A DNA stretch of 64,000 nt, from assembly GCF_002105155.1 (NCBI RefSeq), contig NW_019028989.1:372001-436000 (forward strand). The letters are read 5' to 3'. Positions 61,190 through 64,000 of the stretch are shown piece by piece (positions within the stretch are counted from its first letter, which is position 1; each line of letters begins with the position of its first letter). The position numbers and the translations under genes were made by a program. This DNA is from Lobosporangium transversale. Taxonomy: Eukaryota. Under the pieces are notes generated by a model. It made no database searches. It saw nothing but the letters and a program-made list of their open reading frames with translations, and was not told where the DNA came from.

Positions 61190-63803
61190 AGTGCGCGAGT
61201 GGAGCGTGAATAACGTGGACAAGAGAAGGAAAAAGGAAGAGAGAACGAGCGAGGGGCCCAAGGGCGTCCAGTCGAAAAAGAAGATAAAAATACACCACAC
61301 ACACCACATTGCAATTTCTAAACACACAACACACTTCATTCAGACTACATTATGTACAGTACATACAAACAACAAGTGACGGCGTTGAAAATGAAGGATT
61401 TGAGATCAACGCAAACATAAACACAATTGGTTGCTTTCAGACAAGGGCGAGTAAAACGCAAAAGGTGTTCAAACGAGATCAAGGATGGGAAACAAATTGT
61501 TAATAGGCAGGGATGGGGGGAGGGTAGAAGGGGAATGGGCGCTAAATATAAAAATATAAATAGTTCTACTGCTTGTTCTGTCTGTTTCTTCTGTAGCCCT
61601 CGAACAGAGAGAAAGAGAACAAAGTTGTTCACTCAAAAAGAACAAAAAGAAAATAAAAATTAAACCCAGCAAATAAACAGCAACAACATTTGGGCAATGA
61701 ATACATCGCCAAATTTATAAAAAAAAAGGGACATGTCATACAATGAAGATAAAAATAAATGTCAAATCATCCGGCCATGGAAAACCCAAGCATAATCTCA
61801 ACCACGCTTTTATGCTTTTGCATGTTACTGATCCCGGTAGGACAATGTACACCTCTGTGCCTTTGAGGTGTTTATGTTGATGACAGGGCGCCATGTGCCT
61901 AATCAACAGAAAGTCTGTAAATATAGACATGAAAGGGGGGGCTATTAGCCCACCTCACACCTTCTTAAACACCCACATATTCACACCCAAACATAAACAT
62001 CATCCTAGCCCAAGTCCATATCACAACCATGAGACCCAAGAGGAGGAATGGTGAAGAGAGGGACGTGAGAGGTGTTCACCGTCATGAGATTACTGAACAA
62101 ATAAAAGCCATTCATTCATTTCATTGGTAAAAATAGATCTAAAGAACAGATCCATATCTCGCATTGCAATTCCTATATTTTAATCGTCGTCTCCACAAGG
62201 AAAAACAAGGGCCAATTTGCACTTGTTGCAACAGCTCCTTACCCCTTCCATTACTACAGACTCGGTAATGACCCTTTAGTGATTAAGTAATGACGAAGTA
62301 GTCTGAAAGATGAGGGAAGAGCAATCCATCAACCTACGTTATCTCTTAGCAAAGCTGTGCTCAAACTAACACCAACGAAATAATAATAATGGGCCAAGGA
62401 CAACAGAACGATTGTAATGTGGTAGTTGATGTTAGGTTGAGGTGGTTATAGACAGATGGTGGTCAGGGCAAGGAGATTGTATCTCCTGAAGACAAGGATG
62501 GAGGGATTGTATCATGCGACCGGTCTCCGTACATTCAAAATAAAACCATCTATCAGCCATCGAGGGAACATGCTTACTTTATGCAACTGTTCGCGTTGAA
62601 TGTTAGTTGAATAAAAGTTAAAAGTTTGGAGGTATAGCGGTGAATAAATGATAACGCGTGTGCAAATGAAAACAGAAAAGGAAATCGAATGTGGATGATA
62701 TTACACGGAGGTCTTTTGGAAACAGGTGTAATGGAAGAAGGATGAGAGCGTATGCAGGATACAAGGAAAAGAATGAGAAGAAGAGGCGTATTTGTTACGG
62801 ATCAGGAGTGGACACGGTCTCCGACAGCGCGTGTGACGGACAGGAGGCAGTGAGGCTTGACCAAGTAAAATGGGCGAGAGAGAATAATAAATTAGTCAGT
62901 TCCCAGAACCATAACCATTATGACACAGAATCAACTTAATGGGATCTCCTTTATTCTATTTTATTTTATCTTTTTTATTTTTTTTGCGGTGTTCAAATGT
63001 CAGAGAGAGCTTCACGAAAATTCGAATCAAAGCCTAGATGTGAGGAACAATAGAAGAATATATAAAAAGGATTTGACTACTCAGAGACGCTAACGCCAGA
63101 TCGTAACGTCAGGTCGTGGACGAAGATATACGAGGAGTGTAGCATGAAATGCTGTGAAAAGAAGGTCGAAAGAAAAGAATAGCCTTCTGTTACTCGATCA
63201 TTTCCTCTTGTACTAAACAATCTGCTAGCCCGTATCCTTGTGGAGGCACCACAAGGAATGAATGATGTATTGCCGCAAGATTATTAGACAGCAATGTAGT
63301 GTACAGAAGACGAACGTAATGTCAGGAACGCTGATAAGAGTCGAGGTGAAGATGAGAATGAAGCTGACTCCATTCTCCTCTTTAGAACAGAAATAAAACA
63401 CAGAGCGTGCTTGCGTGGAACGGTCGGGTTCTATTTTGATAGGTGTGTGCATGGCATGCGATCAGTATCCATTAAAATTCTTGTATCTTTCCGTGTATCA
63501 CAAGTGCTTTGTTGACTGCTGTGCCAATTTGTGATTCCTTAAGCAACTTTCGGAGAATGAAAAAAAGGGGATGAAGAGGTAGAGCCATGGCCCCTATGAT
63601 CATAATCTCTACCCTCGTTCATTCTACATTTTTACATCATTTACAACATGGTATAAATGTGTATGAAGTATTACTGGATTTGTCCTAATTGTGCATCTCA
63701 TTCCCCAAGACTCAATATATAGCCCGTTTCATTTGGTCACGATACCTTATATTTTTTAAATTGATTGAATAGACTCAAGCGAAAATTGAATTGTATTGAA
63801 TAG

Positions 63804-64000
63804 CAACTCTAAATCCGATGTCGTTCGCTACTTGCAAGCTTGGCTCGCTGTCCTCTATTTGCACGCCGAGCGACGGAAGAGGTCAGTGGCTTTGACGTTG
63901 AATAACTGTTATGCGTCACTATGTTTTGCTTCCTTACCTTCACTCTAGCTCTCACGCAACACAATCAAACATGATGATCGTCAAATTCACAGAGTTCCAT
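63804..64000 (+). other. possible spliced exons of a gene continuing beyond the right edge
   Basis: aatag|...NSKSDVVRYLQAWLAVLYLHAERRK, then gtcagt...ctctag, then the frame stays open (SSHATQSNMMIVKFTEFH). No homology recognised. Confidence 0.25.

Overview
Intron-rich, gene-dense eukaryotic (fungal) DNA. Short GT-AG introns with CTAAC/CTGAC-type branch points, very long A/T homopolymers, and an exportin-4-like gene plus an EEEE-pore Cch1 channel suggest an early-diverging fungus (Mucoromycota/Mortierellaceae-like; inference). I can support 13 protein genes, and I assembled their exons by hand. In order: an Spt23/Mga2-like IPT-ankyrin transcription factor fused to three Crz1-like C2H2 fingers (runs off the left edge); an AT-hook/Sds3-like protein; an unknown single-ORF protein; exportin-4; ETF-beta; a Cch1/NALCN-clade 4-domain Ca2+ channel; a GH5 EGCrP-type glycolipid glucosidase; complex I NDUFS4; Yme2; a chromodomain/C2H2/coiled-coil protein; folylpolyglutamate synthase; RNA Pol I subunit Rpa2; and a myosin-motor chitin synthase. 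I found no supportable mobile element, CRISPR array, rRNA or tRNA. The most unusual item is the hybrid Spt23/Mga2-Crz1-like factor, whose last exon is missing from the ORF track. Other points of note are the EEEE filter and PxIxIT-like motif in Cch1, a Ras-like CCaaX tail on the GH5 enzyme, an atypical chromodomain protein, and a DEK_C-less myosin chitin synthase. No database searches were run, so family calls rest on recalled motifs.
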